Below are positions 11,101-24,209 of a stretch of 64,000 nt of DNA, piece by piece. A model generated the notes under the pieces. It made no database searches and was not told the origin of the DNA. It was given only the letters and a program-made list of their open reading frames with translations. Both the position numbers and the translations under genes were made by a program. Location of the stretch: assembly GCF_048593235.1 (NCBI RefSeq), contig NC_133617.1, forward strand, positions 627,730,958 to 627,794,957, written 5' to 3'. The stretch comes from Sminthopsis crassicaudata. Lineage: Eukaryota. Each line of letters opens with the position of its first letter. The first letter of the stretch is position 1.

Positions 11101-14100
11101 AAAAAGAAGTGGAGGGCCTTCTGGCTCCAGAACCCCTGGTGTCTTCTGGCTCCTCTAAAACAGAATCTCCACCTGATAAGGAGGAAAAGCTGTCCCTCCC
11201 CTCAACAGGAGGGACTGAGGGACCAGAACAATCTCAAACACCTCGACAGAACCAAATGGGCAGCCCTCCTGGGGGCATCAGCAAAGGGGATGACAAAGAA
11301 GAGGGACCTGTCACTGAGTAAGTGGGGTAGGGACTTGGGATAACATGCTTTAGTGGAAGGGAGAGACTGAAGGAACAATGCAAAAAGATGGGGGTATTAA
11401 GAGACCTACAGTTATTAACCTTGTGTTTCTTTCATAGTCAAGTGAAGAAGTCAACACTGAATCCCAATGCCAAGGAGTTCAACCCTTCAAAGCCTCTGTT
11501 GTCTGTGGTAAGATGGGAGCAGAAGAGGAGATTTTAGAGAACTGAAAGGACGAGGATGAACAATGCTCTGATGGAGTGAGGGGAAGGCAGTAGCAGTCTG
11601 TGGGTCAACAGCAGTTCATAATATTTATTCTTTATGTGGAAATAGGCAGTGTTGAGAAGGGGGAAAGAGGGAATATATAGGGGAAACATAGAGACAAGAA
11701 TATTTTAAGAACACTTATTAGGAGAAGGCTGAATAGTTAAGAATTGAGCTAGGCTAAAAGTGAAGTTATAAAAGGGACTTGATAGACTTGAGGAGGCTAA
11801 GGTATTTACACTATTCAGTAAATACTTGTCTCTTACATACTTGAGTTGTTAGGGAAGTGCTGCTATATTCCCTTAACTCCCCTCAACTCCTCTCCCCTTT
11901 TGTTTTTTAGAACAAGTCAACCAGCACCCCAACTTCTCCAGGTCCCCGGACTCATTCAACTCCTTCAATCCCTGTGCTGACAGCAGGCCAGAGTGGGATG
12001 TATAGTCCCCAGTACATCTCCTATATACCTCAGATCCACATGGGGCCAGCCGTGCAGGTAAGAAGGGGAAAAAGGGGTAGAGTGGGGGATTTGGGAGGAG
12101 AGCAGCTAGGGTATATAACCCTGAGGTTTTGTCAGTGCTTCCTGAGAGGAAAATTGGATGATTTGAGGGAATCACAGCCCTGGTCCTTTTGATTTCTCCA
12201 GGCTCCTCAGATGTACCCATACCCTGTATCTAACTCTGTACCTGGTCAGCAGGGCAAATACCGGGGAGCTAAAGGTAAGAATAGGGAAAAGAGGTCTGAA
12301 CCATGCAGCAGCATGAGTTGTTCTCATGGGATTGGGGAATATTGGGTCATTAATTGGTGAATTAAAAATACTTCATCTGGCTTTCAACTTTCATTCTCTT
12401 TTGGTATTAATACTGAACTTTAGCTGTGTCCTTTCTCATCTATAGGTTCCTTGCCCCCTCAACGCTCAGACCAGCACCAGCCAGCCTCAGCACCCCCTAT
12501 TATGCAGGCAGCAGCAGCTGCAGGACCCCCTTTGGTGGCTGCCACACCATATTCTTCCTACATCTCCTATAATCCCCAGCAGTTTCCAGGCCAGCCGACC
12601 ATGATGCAGCCCATGGCGCATTATCCCTCACAGGTAATTGGGGGTGGAACCAATGTAAGAATACCCTTAGATGTTTTGTTGGCCTTCCATCCTACTTTTG
12701 GCTCTCCAGGATTTGGGGAGGTGGGAGTTAGATCATATGCCAATTGGCATTTGTTGGGATGTATAGAAAATATCAAGAAGGAAACACAAGCCTTTCCCTT
12801 CTTTCTCTATCCTCTAGCCTGTCTTTGCCCCAATGCTTCAGAGTAACCCAAGGATGCTGACGTCAGGCAGCCACCCCCAGGCCATCGTCTCATCTTCTAC
12901 TCCTCAGTACCCTCCAGCAGAGCAGCCCACTCCCCAAGCCCTTTATGGTAAGTCTCTTAAATTTTTAGATTCTTTGCCCTGAAATAAGCTCCCTTTCCTT
13001 TTCATGCATTCTTCCTGCTGATTCTTTTTCCCTCTTTACTGCTGCAGCCACAGTTCACCAGTCCTATCCACACCATGCCACGCAGCTCCATGCCCACCAG
13101 CCGCAGCCAGCCACCACCCCTACTGGGAGCCAGCCGCAATCCCAGCATGCGGCCCCCAGCCCTGTCCAGGTGCCTGACATGGGAGAGGATTAAGAGTTGA
13201 GGCAAATACTAGGGTTATAAAATGATGGGAGTAAAACTGGAAGAAAGAGGAATGAAGAAGGGATCTCCCATCAGAATGGGAGGGTTTGAGGTGGCACAAA
13301 GTAAAGCTAGTTGTGAAAATAGTTTGTTGCTTTGTCTGCCTTTGGAACTAATCATCTTTTTCTGACAGCATCAGGCAGGGCAGCCACCACACTTGGGTAG
13401 TGGGCAGCCACAACAGAACTTGTACCATCCAGGTGCCTTAACAGGCACACCACCATCTCTGCCACCGGGACCTTCTGCCCAGTCCCCTCAGAGCAGCTTC
13501 CCTCAGCCAGCTGCCGTCTATGCCATCCATGCCCACCAGCAGCTACCCCACGGCTTTACCAATATGGCCCATGTCACCCAGGTAAGTATTCTAAAATAAT
13601 ATTTTCTAGACTCACTTTTTAGTATATTTACACAATAGGACTTGATTTTTTTTTTTTTTTTTTTTTTTGCTACCCAGAATAGTTTTCCCAGCCTTATTGA
13701 ATATCCCATTAATTCCCCTATTGTGATTTTAATGTAACCCTTGTTATTTAGAACATGATAGTTATTCCCAAGGACTCATAAATTTCTTTTCCAAGTTGTT
13801 CTCCTTCTGAACAGTTTTACTAATAGTGTGTTTCCTTTTTCTCCTGTTTTGGAGTGGAAAAACAAAGCCATAGGAATTTTTCTGATAATGATTTGTAGCG
13901 GCTGTCTGAGATAGGGGTTTTTGTTTGTTCCTTGTGAAGTCCTCACATCTGCTTCTTTTCTGAAGGCCCATGTCCAGACTGGAATTACAGCAGCCCCACC
14001 CCCTCATCCTGGGGCTCCCCACCCACCCCAGGTGATGCTGCTGCACCCACCCCAGAGCCATGGGGGTCCACCTCAGGGGGGTGTGCCCCAGAGTGGTGTG

Positions 14101-14804
14101 CCTGCTCTTTCTGCTTCTACACCTTCACCCTACACCTACATCGGACACCACCAAGGTGAGCAGACAGGCCTTGTTTATCTGCCTTTCCAGGAAGGGAGGG
14201 ATAAAGATATAAGAGGGGAGGTAGAAGAAAGGATTCGTGAAATCCAGCTGAGGGAATTTGGCAAGGAAGATTTTAGGCTGGTGGCAAGAAAGAATTGTAG
14301 GACTGAATGGGAGACAGAAGGGGCTGCCTGATAGATGTTGCCCGTTTGCTGCATCTGGTCTGCAAAAGGTTTTAATGTGGTTTGTAGGCCATAGCTGCTG
14401 CCTGAATTTGATTAAGTTTGTTGCTCCATTCTTTGCACTCTGTCCTTGGGCTTGTCACCTATAACCTGACTTGTGGCTTATCAAGCTGTGGTTAACTGTA
14501 GTAGCGTGCCAATTAGGAAGGGTTAAAATAGGAATGAGGCTGATAAGGTGGGAGTGAGAGCCTGTGAGAAATGAAAACTAACTTGAGAAACAGGCACATG
14601 CTTTGAAAGGGCCAGTGTTTAACATTGGACTTTGTGGTTTGTTGTTTTTACATAAATGTGGCCGCCTCCTTCAAAGAAGTTGGACAGCTCTAGACTAAGG
14701 GATAGATGGCTAGGTTCTAATGTTCCTGATCTCTTCTCTTTCCCCTTCAACCAGTTCAATCTCATCCCTCCCAGCAGCTCCCCTTCCACCCCCCGGGGAA
14801 CTGA
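4835..14804 (+). CDS. ATXN2L: Ataxin-2-like protein (Lsm, LsmAD, PAM2 motif), 1044 aa for the VQSHPSQQLPFHPPGN-ending isoform
   Basis: Exons (all GT-AG, phases consistent): 4835-5121, 6944-6980, 7157-7213, 7299-7370, 7764-7914, 8322-8446, 8668-8759, 8972-9172, 9477-9658, 9793-9900, 10190-10381, 10483-10554, 10828-10898, 11013-11317, 11438-11507, 11911-12057, 12202-12274, 12446-12633, 12818-12947, 13048-13169, 13369-13581, 13966-14155, 14755-14804; total 3135 nt. Motifs: MLKPQP start, VFEGVYNNSRMLHFLTAVVGSTC (Lsm), FRQRELRAAQLAREIE (LsmAD), KSTLNPNAKEFNP (PAM2). Confidence 0.97.
8054..8170 (+). mobile_element. MIR/CORE-type SINE
   Basis: tRNA-like head 'ggtagttcagtgggtggagcacagaccctggagtcaggaga...agttcaaatc'. 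Confidence 0.7.
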
Positions 14805-15283
14805 AGATGGTCCTGGCCGTCACTTGAGAGACTTCCTTGAGTGGAGGGAGGAGTGACCTATATCTCTTCCCCCAGCAGCTCGGACCAGTACTCTAGCCCT
14901 CCACTCCCCTCCCCAGCCCACCCCACAGGGGGAGTAGGGAACTCCTACCAAGCACCTTGAATGGGGCAGGGGGTGGGGTGTGGGGTAGTTTGGGGGGACC
15001 TCAAGGCGGGGCCAGGGTCTAGAGGGAGTGGAGGATTCCTGCTTGGCCCATCCTTCCTCCTACCCCTCCCCTTCATTCCCTGCCATCCCTGCTGGAGACG
15101 GAAGATCTTTTATTTTCTATTATTTATAACCTCAGACTTGGGTTCCCTTATCCTTCTTTCCCATTAACCTGAGACAGACACATAGACAGATGCCCCACAA
15201 GGATGGTTGACAAGGACTTTTACTTTTTATTACATAAAAAATATTTAAAAAAAAAAAAAAACAAAAAAAAAAAACAGAAAAAA

Positions 15284-15289
15284 AATAAA
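15284..15289 (+). terminator. ATXN2L: ATXN2L polyadenylation signal AATAAA
   Basis: AATAAA at the end of the recognisable ATXN2L 3' UTR (AATAAAATTTTAAACTAACT). Confidence 0.75.
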
Positions 15290-15537
15290 ATTTTAAACTA
15301 ACTCAACATGCCTGGAATTCCCTCTCTGGGGAAAAGGACAAGTGTGACCCTAGTCTATCACAGGACCAGGGCATCAAGGAAAAATACAGAGGTAAGATAT
15401 TGGGGGCCAGAGTCCTTAAGTTGAAGGGAAGGGTGTCACTAATGAGATTTGTCTGGCTGTGTTTCCTTGATTTGATGATCCGGTGTGTGTATGTGTGTAT
15501 GTGTGTGCGTGCTCGCGCATCTCTTCCTCCCAGACAC

Positions 15538-15660
15538 AGAAGCAGAGTGGTATAGTGGAGAGTATAGAGAAGTTCTTTAATTATTATATTACTTGTGTGA
15601 CCTTAAGCAATTATTTAACCTTTTTAGCCCTCGGTTTCCTCATATGTAAAATGGTGTTGG
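15538..15660 (+). mobile_element. MIR SINE fragment
   Basis: CORE motif 'tgtgtgaccttaagcaattatttaacc...cctcggtttcctcatatgtaaaatgg'. Confidence 0.7.
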
Positions 15661-16403
15661 GGGAAGGAGGGGAGTTGAACTGGATGAGCTTTTTATTAAA
15701 GATAATTTTGCAATTTATAATTCAAAATATTATGAAGTAGTTGCACTCCAATTGAAAGAAATTACCTGCCTTCTCTTCTTGGGCTTGCTAGCTAGAATAA
15801 AGAGAATCAGTCTTATATCTTGTGGCTCTTGGCAAAGGTTCTGATCTTGTATAACTAGATTGTGATGGTCTAGGTCACTAGTTTGAAATTGTTTAATATC
15901 TCATTTATGCCCTGATGGCTTGTCTAATGGAGGCTAGGGTTTAAGAGGACTGATCTGTCAAGTCTTAGCTTAGGAACTATTTCTCAGTTCTATTATTAAC
16001 TTGTAGTTATAATCTGGTTTGTGGGTTAAATAAGGCAATATGTGATATATTTCAAAAAGTGAATTATTGCCATGATTCTTACTTTTGATTGAGTATGGGG
16101 ATTTGTAAGGTTTTCAAAAGAGCAGTGGAGTCAGGTTAAAAAAAAAGGTTTAGCTTTTAGGAAAAGTAAACACTAATTGCTGTGAAGACATTTTAGGCAT
16201 TTCATGGCTTTTCTTTGGTGTGTGGATAAAAATAGCTAGACATAGGTTTTTGCTTTATTAAAGAGAGAATCTGGTTATAGATACTGCATTTTCATGTTTA
16301 TTCCATGATTGCTCTTGAAGGAATGAAAGCAGATGTTTGTGTAATTCCACTCTTACTCTATTGTGATAATATTCCAAAGACTCTAAGATATTTGGGGAAT
16401 TTT

Positions 16404-16576
16404 ACCTGGCATCATGGCATACACGGGTAATAACTACTATTGGGGAGGCCGAGACTTGCGAATCATTTGAGCTTGGGAATTCTCAGCTGCAGGGGCTGAT
16501 CAAGCTGTCTAAGAGAGGGGTAAATTAACAAGAAATGGAGCAGGCCAAGGCTTCCATGTCAGACAACAGTGGGATT
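16404..16576 (+). pseudogene. Degenerate 7SL (SRP RNA)-derived retrocopy with an internal deletion
   Basis: Resembles the 7SL 5' Alu domain (ggaggccgagacttgcgaatcatttgagc...ggaattct) and the S domain (ctaagagaggggtaaa...gaaatggagcaggccaag...cagtgggatt). Confidence 0.75.
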
Positions 16577-16799
16577 TGTTCTTGTCCTGGTTTTTGTACT
16601 GCTATAGGGGAATTTCTTTTAAAATAGGATTTATCAATCATGTTTACTTTTTGGGCACATTTTAAATAATGGGACGACTTGAGTGTATAATGAGGCAACA
16701 AACACTCTTCTTCCTTGCAGTGCTCTTGGATTGTTGGACCACTCAAATTAGAAGCTTCTGTCTTTTAAGTTCCTTTCATTAATTCAGATTGCAGTCCAT

Positions 16800-18510
16800 A
16801 TGTTTGATGTGTATCCTCCCATATTTTAGCACAAAAGGTACATAACTCAAGTGTCCTGTACCTTTTTTCTCTTGACCAGTGGAACACTAGCTTCCTATCT
16901 TAATATGTATTCATCTCTTCCTATTTATTTGATGACATCTTTTACATAAACCTGCTCTTTTTTGAAGTTGCCTATTACTTTTACTATATTATAGTTTGCT
17001 CACACTGTGCCTTTATATCATCTTTGTGTTGAGTTTTTGTTTGGCTACATACCAAAATAGCAACACTTAGGCAAATATTTCTGAATACCAATATATTGCC
17101 TTTGTTTCTTAGATTTGATGCTTATTGGGGGCAATTTCCAAAAGGTAATTCCATGTCCCCCCTAATTCAGATCTGGACTTAACTTGTTTGTCCATCTGTA
17201 TGTACTGATGCACAAGTGCTAGATTGTTGAGCAAAATGCATACCATGCCATCAGGGCAAGATATCCTATATCCACTTCCAGTTTTTGCTATGTAGATGGT
17301 CAAAAGCATATCCTTGGGTGATTATGGATTTCTTCTAGAAACTATGAATTTCCGGGGCTAAATGCAAACAATATGTCATTTTTAAGAAAAACATTTAAGA
17401 TTTTTAAGTGTTCTCTTAAATTTGGACTCCTTAAAGGAGAATATATTGGCAAGTATATATCTATCCATTTTATCCTCACCTAAAAATTTATAATCAGAGG
17501 GGGTAATTAAGCAACAGAAAGAAAAAACCCTCTTTTTTGATTTTTTTTTTTTTTTAAATAATTTTGATGTATAGATTGACAGATTCTGGAAGAATATTCT
17601 AGTATTTAGTCAATAAAGTACAGTGGGTTTTAAAATGTATTTTTCATTTCCTACTCATTCTCTCACTTAAGATGCCTTCATTTTGTGTTTATAACTCATT
17701 TTGTACAGAGTGTATTGTCACATGTCACTAGTTTGGTATTATGGGGCATTTTATTTTTTATTAATAAGGTCTTTGGTATTTCTCTCCATATCCTCTAGCA
17801 TGTCCCCTCTAGCATGAATTCTTTCTGGCAGTTTTCCCCATCTTGGTTCTAAAATAATGTTATTTCTCTCTTTTCTGAATAATTTGGACATATTAAATAC
17901 TTACTAAATGCTTTTTTCATTCTGTGAACCTGTTCATCAAGCCAGGGTTCAAAAATTGTACATGCATCAGTACAGGTGGTTCAAATGTTCTTGATGGGGA
18001 AAAAATTCATTCAAATATTTTCAAATCTTTTTCATTTTTCTAATGATTGCTCTCATTCCATTTTCATCCTTGAGTACTCTTTAGTTTACTTGACTTGGAT
18101 CTTTTGTAAAGCTTTCTTTAAATAGGTTCTCCTCTCAGCTTTGAGAGAAAATAGTGTTCATAATCATCCATCATTATTCTTAACAGTTTTGCCTTTGGAT
18201 GATTTCTTGGCAAGTAAAATGTTTGGTAATTAAGGGATTTTCTGGTCTCTTCTGGCAATTTACATTGATTAAACTTTTGCATTGTAATTGGTGACGATAT
18301 TTTTGATGCTTATTTTCCCTTTTTTTGGTCAATTGCTGTTAAAGTAGATCAGGACAGAATTGTTTATATCATATGTACCATAACATTTTTTATCTCCATT
18401 ATTAGTCTCTTTACTAATTCTGATCTTCATGAAGTGTAGGATAGTTCTTTTCATGGAAAATACTTTTAAGTTTTGTCTTTTTTTCTCAGTACCTGTGACA
18501 ATGTCTGCCA
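16800..18510 (-). mobile_element. Decayed RTE-clade LINE fragment
   Basis: Minus strand resembles marsupial RTE reverse-transcriptase coding sequence (e.g. 'aatacattttaaaacccactgtactttattgactaaa', 'gatgattatgaacactat'); short remnant ORFs at 17109-17309 and 18329-18511. Boundaries approximate. Confidence 0.6.
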
Positions 18511-19709
18511 AAGAAGGTATTTAATGATTGGTTCTTACTGTTTTTTTCTGAATGTAGGTTTCTTTATTTATAAAATGGGAATAATTAAACTCCATGTGGT
18601 TGTTAAAAAGAAAAAGACTTTTAAAGCCTTAGAAAGCAGTATAACTAGGCCAGTTGGGATAGTGTGAGTGTTGGATTATGTGTAGACCAAACAGTGTAGG
18701 TTGCTTACATTTAACTGCCTTTGTTAAATTAGAGTCTGGATGAAGTGAAAGGCAAATTAAAAAACAGAAAAACTTTTGACCATTTCTGATACATCCTGGC
18801 TGGACAAGTAAATCACTTAATCTTTCTATGCTTTAGTCCAGTAGTGGTGTCAAACTCCAGTAGAAACATTGACTTAGAAAACCCAAAGTTAACATTCTGT
18901 TGAATTGAGTTTTTATTTTAAATATCTCCCAATTACATTTTCATCTGATTGTAGCACTGAGAAGTTTGGGCTTGAGAGTTAGACAACTCTGTTCTCTTGT
19001 AAAACTTCTAAGTTATAGAGAAGTATCAGTCTGCCCTTGGTAGAAAGGAAGTTTTCTTCACTGAGGATTTCTTTATTAAAAAAAAAAAAAAAAAAAAATC
19101 AGATCCAGATCTACTCCCAACTTTCCATCGGGATCTTTTTTAAAAATCTAGTAGTTTGTAACACTTAACACTTAATGCCTAATTAAATTTCATCTAACTT
19201 GATTTGTCCTATTCTAATCTATTAATTTGGATCTGTCAGTATTCTGACTCTTCTTCAGTCTTTATATAGTCAATCTATAAATTTGTTGTTTTAGCTTCAA
19301 GACATCAATTCCTTATTTAAAAAAAAATCTTAATAGTTCAGCTAAACCACAGACACACCTATCATGTCTGACTAAGAGTTCTACCAGTAATGTTCAGTTT
19401 CATATTTGCTCTTTCCATTTATACTTTAGTCATTGTATGTTATTTCTCTGTTTCTGCTTACTTCACTGCATCATTTTACATCCTTACATTTCCTGAATTT
19501 CTCATGGTACAGTAAGATTTTGTTAACTTCCTACATTGTGATTTCTGGGTTAATACAACAAAAGATGCTGCTGTGAATTACTTTGAGTAATGTTTTGTTT
19601 TTGACCTCCGTGTGGTATATTCCTTAACAGATCTTTGGAATAAAGAGGGTGGGTCAGAAAATTCAATGATTAATCCAAAATATGATCTTGTTATTAAAAA
19701 TTTGTATCC

Positions 19710-20450
19710 TTTCAATCAGATAAACATTTAAGTGCATACTATGTGGGAGGCACTAGGAATACAAAGACAAAAGAAATCAAAAAGAAACCTGCCCTCAAGC
19801 ACTTATATAGGACACATCTACCTTTGTATTTATAAATGCATGTAAAATAAATACAAAGCATTTGAAGTGAAAGAAGATCAAGGAGTAAAGTGTCATATAG
19901 AATCTGATACCTGAGTCAAGTTCTGAGGTGCAGGGATGAGTGACAAGCTTGGGTGAAAACTTTGAAATCAAGAGTATATGGTATTTCTAAGGTGTGAGAA
20001 AGCCAGTTTGGGCTGGAGTTTGAGCTAAGTAGTGACATGACTGAATCTGTGCTTTTAAGATATCACTGGTAGTTTATGTGGAGGCAAAGAGTCTAATCAC
20101 AAAACTTGTTTTAAAAGTCCATAAGTGATGGAGTGTGAGTGATTAGATGAGTTAATCACCAAGGAAAGATGATGGTAGGTTGTAAATACAGATGACTGAA
20201 AAGGTTAGTGGTCTTCATAGAAATAGGGAAGTTTGGAGTAATGTAACACTGAGTCTGGATATATACAAATCTGGGAGTTTATAGAAATTTAAGCCAACTG
20301 GATGTGGAGGTAGAGCAGAGAAAGGGCCCAGGACAATATTTTAGGGGATATAACCCGCAATTAGGTGACATGATAAATGGATGATGATCAAGCAAAGGAG
20401 ATGGGTTGACCAAACTGGAATACAGAAGAACAGAGACTGGAAAAGGAGAG
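19710..20450 (-). mobile_element. L2 LINE 3' remnant
   Basis: Reverse-oriented L2 tail 'aaacatttaagtgcatactatgtg...gcactaggaatacaaagac...cctgccctcaag'. Confidence 0.6.
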
Positions 20451-22227
20451 ACTATCTGGAAGGAAACAGGTCCAAATTAACAATTTGGAATACTTTTAGG
20501 CCATGCTAATGACTAGTAGTAACGAAAAAAATCATCTTTTTGAAAATAGCATTTCAGGAGAGGTTTTGCATTTTCAAAAATTGGAACTTCTCACAAAGAC
20601 TAGCTATGCTGTTTCTGAGCACTCATCTCCCTAAGACTTTTTGTCAAGTGACCTAAGATTAAATTTTTAGATCTGATAATCTTTTTATTTTTCTTTGCCA
20701 TTCTCAAAGCAAAATAGGATATAAAGTAGTTCTAGACATGTTTTCTTATACCACATGTCCCAAATGTTGTATCTGTTCCCTTTGTTCTATCCCTGAGATA
20801 GTTTTAAATTTTAGTTGGAAGCAGGTACCTAAGCAGCATCCAGGATCAAGACAATACAGTGGTTGGAGGAATATACATGTAGAAAGATTGTGACTGTTAC
20901 TCTTGCAGAAGTGTTTCTTTGGGTAGAAACCTAAAATTCACACCTTACATAATAGATGGGATCGCCAAGAGCTTTAGGTGATGAATGTATCAGGCTTTCT
21001 AGTGTAATTGAATTTGCCTCAGAAAATCCAGTGACACAATGACTTTTAGAATCATCAAAATTTCAGGTAACCCCAAGAATCAGAAAAAGATTTCAGGATA
21101 TTGGATAAATTTAATAAGTGATCAGATCTGTGATCTAAGTGACCATTAAAAAAAAAAAAGGTCCACTTTAGCACTACAGGTTGGCTATATCCATCCCCTC
21201 TATGTCTCAGTATATCCTACTAGAGATAGCAGGAAAGGCTTAAGGTCTTGTTTTTATCTTACTTCCTGAACTTGAGCTGCTTGTGTTTCAAATCAGTGAG
21301 CAGTCAAAATCTCAATGTCACAATTACTTAATGTCCCTATTTTCTTTGGTCATATCTGTTTTGCTTGTGTTTGTGGTTTATGCTGAGTATAACCAACCAC
21401 TGAAGGTAGAGGGAGAAATTACCTATTACCAGATACATCCTTAATTATTAGCATACATATCATTTATACCATTTGACTTGTTTTGAACAAATATGTTTTG
21501 GAGGTAGAAGGGATCTTTAGGATAAGTACTGAGAATGGGAAAAGTAAAGTTCACAATTCATTAAAGAAATAATCTAACATATATTTTTTTCCTTGTGAGT
21601 TTAGAAAAATGAGGAATGTGGTTAAAATCACTACGCCATCCACTTCTGTGTTTTCTGGAAAGCCCAAGTTGTAGTTACCTCTGCTTGCAAAAGGAATATT
21701 GTTAGAATGAAGGGAACAGGAGGTGGGAGGAATAAGGCCCTCAATCTAATGTGAACAGAGAGAATGAAGAGTTTTTAAAGTGTTAATTATGGACTTTGCC
21801 TGTGATCACAGATCATATAATCTTGTTGCCCAGAAATTCATATTAAGCTTCTTTCTTCACAGTTTCTTTCCAGAATTCTTATTAAATCCTTAGAATTGAA
21901 CTAGTTTAAAATGGGGGGAGATGGAAAGGAGAGGTGGAAGGTCACCAAGAAAGGCAGGGAAGGTGGCGCATATTAAGTCTTCCAGCTATTATCTATATCT
22001 TGTACAGGGAGTCAGACCAGTTCAGGATTATATAGAATCACTGGGAGCAGGCTGACCCAAATTGAAGAGTTAATTCTCTGACCACCCTCTCTTAAGATAT
22101 TCCCAGATGAACTCAATCAGAATGAATAGAGAGCCCCAGGGAGAATTAGTCTCCCAACTGGTGTCATCCCTTTTAACTCTTATCAGCACAAAGCAACAGT
22201 GAGTGTTCTCCCATATGTATCCAAATT

Positions 22228-22408
22228 GGGGGTGGGGAGAAGGGAGGAGAAACAGCTGAAAAGCACTGTGGATAGAGCATGGGCCCTAGAGTTAGGAGAA
22301 CCCGAGTTCAAATCTTGCCTCAGGCACTTGACATTTCCTAGCGTTATGAACCGTGGGCAAGGCATTTAGCCCCAATTATATCATCAAAAAACAAACAAAA
22401 AAAAAACC
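22228..22408 (+). mobile_element. Marsupial CORE-SINE inserted into the exon 5 copy of the TUFM pseudogene
   Basis: 'gtggatagagcatgggccctagagttaggagaacccgagttcaaatcttgcctcaggcacttgac...' with an A-rich tail; both flanks align to contiguous TUFM exon 5 sequence. Confidence 0.85.
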
Positions 22409-23379
22409 TCAAGTGAGCAACTCATATCTCTAGCTCTAGTAGTTTCACTATCTCATTGTCCTGGACAAGCACCTACCTTGTTCACAAACACATGTGTGCT
22501 CCACATCAATCTGGTGGAAGAAAATTGCTCCTGTTAATAAGGTTTACATCCAAAGTTTAGAAAACAATTTAAATGCCATTTAGGAATGAACTTGACCCCA
22601 GTGAACCTGTTCCCCACATCGGAGATGTTTTAAAGAGTGCCTTCCTCTTCCCTATACCTTGCCCACTATTCAACCCCAAATATTGGTCTCTAGTAAGGTC
22701 TCCTGAAAGAGACTGGCATCTTATTTTGCAAACAGCAGGTGCTTCCTTGTATGAAGAATGGGGCCATTTATTGGTTACCACTACCAAAATGTTGCTTTCC
22801 AACCATGGCTTCTAGAGTCTATTTGAGCATGCTAATTTTGCCTGTCCTGTCTAGTGGTGTGTGTTTTAGTACTTTCTCCCACGATTTCCCTTTTTTTTAG
22901 GCTCCAGATTTTTCAAGTTTCTAACTTTTTCTACTCTCTTCTTAGCAGTAGCCCAGATTATAACTGTGACACCTCAGTATCTTCCCCAGATACAGAGCTC
23001 CCAGTTTCTTCAGCCACCTCAATGCCTAGATGTGTCCCCCCTCATTTAGGACAGTCAGTGTAAATAATGTGTAGAATGGCTCTGCTAGAACTTGCAACCA
23101 GAGGGGAGGGAATGAGAGTCCCATAGGGGGTAAGTACACTGTTCTCTCCCAGATCAACTTCTGTGCCCTTGCAGTGCTAGAAAACAAGATTTTGACTGCA
23201 TACCCACAGAGCCCAGTTACAAGGCCAATAACTGAGCTACTTCAAACTGGTTCCTAGACTCAAAAGCCTCTCAGAATGGTGAGCCAAATGGGATGTCTTG
23301 GGGGCAAAGTGATCTATCTCAAAGTTTGAAATAATCTCCACCCTTGATTAGAGCTAAAAAGCACTGCACTATTTGCAAA

Positions 23380-23612
23380 TATTTAGTGGTACAGTGGAGA
23401 TGGAACAAACATTGGGTCTGGAGTCAGTACTCTTGAGTTCTCAAGACACTTAACTAGGTACGTGACCTTATGCAAGTCAATTAATCTCTTTGCATCAAGT
23501 TTTTTGCGGAGTAAGAGCACCTACCTCACAGGGTTGTTGTGAGGATCAAATGAGATACTATTTGTAAAAGGCTTAACACAGTGCCTGGACATAATTAGGT
23601 GCTTAATAAATG
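23380..23612 (+). mobile_element. MIR SINE with L2-type tail
   Basis: 'cctacctcacagggttgttgtgaggatcaaatgagata...acagtgcctggacataattaggtgcttaataaatg'. Confidence 0.75.
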
Positions 23613-24209
23613 CCTCTTCACTTCCTCATTCTTGGTGGTGACTGCTGTCAGCATGTTTATAGTCCATGTGGCATATGATGCCAACATTGTGTGGTTTGTA
23701 CATTGTGTGGTTTTGTCCCTCAAGCCTTATTGGCTGCCACAAGTTCAAAATGGGAAGGTTGGGAAGGGATTCCATCAAGAATTGGGCCTGTGTAGAAAAA
23801 AATTTGTCATCAAAGTGTTCCGAACTTCTTTCTCAAACCCTCATTTTTACTGGCTCTTGATCAAGTTCGAGATCAGGAATATTAACTACTCAAAAAGCTG
23901 TGCAACTGGCAGCATTGAGTGGGAAAGAGAAGGAAACCACTTACTAAAGACGCATTTATTAGGCACCAGCTATGTGCCATGCACTCCCCTGGGTGTTGAC
24001 ACTTGACTAGTGATAATGTACTGACCTTCCGTCCCTTTGGCAGTCACTCCTGCATTCCCTGCTTATTTCCATCTCTTAGGTCCCTCGTTTCCCCTCGGGG
24101 GACACTTTACCTTATTCATTCCCTTGTTTCCCAACCCCTTCCCCGTATATTTTTTTTTTTTTTTTTTTTTTTTAATATCATTGGATAGACCTTGCCCCCA
24201 CCTTGCCCT

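Noticed and set aside
17109-18511. Short minus-strand ORFs
   Set aside because: Remnants of the decayed RTE LINE.
23599-24006. 135-aa plus-strand ORF
   Set aside because: Runs antisense across pseudo-exon 2 and L2 remnants; no recognisable protein.
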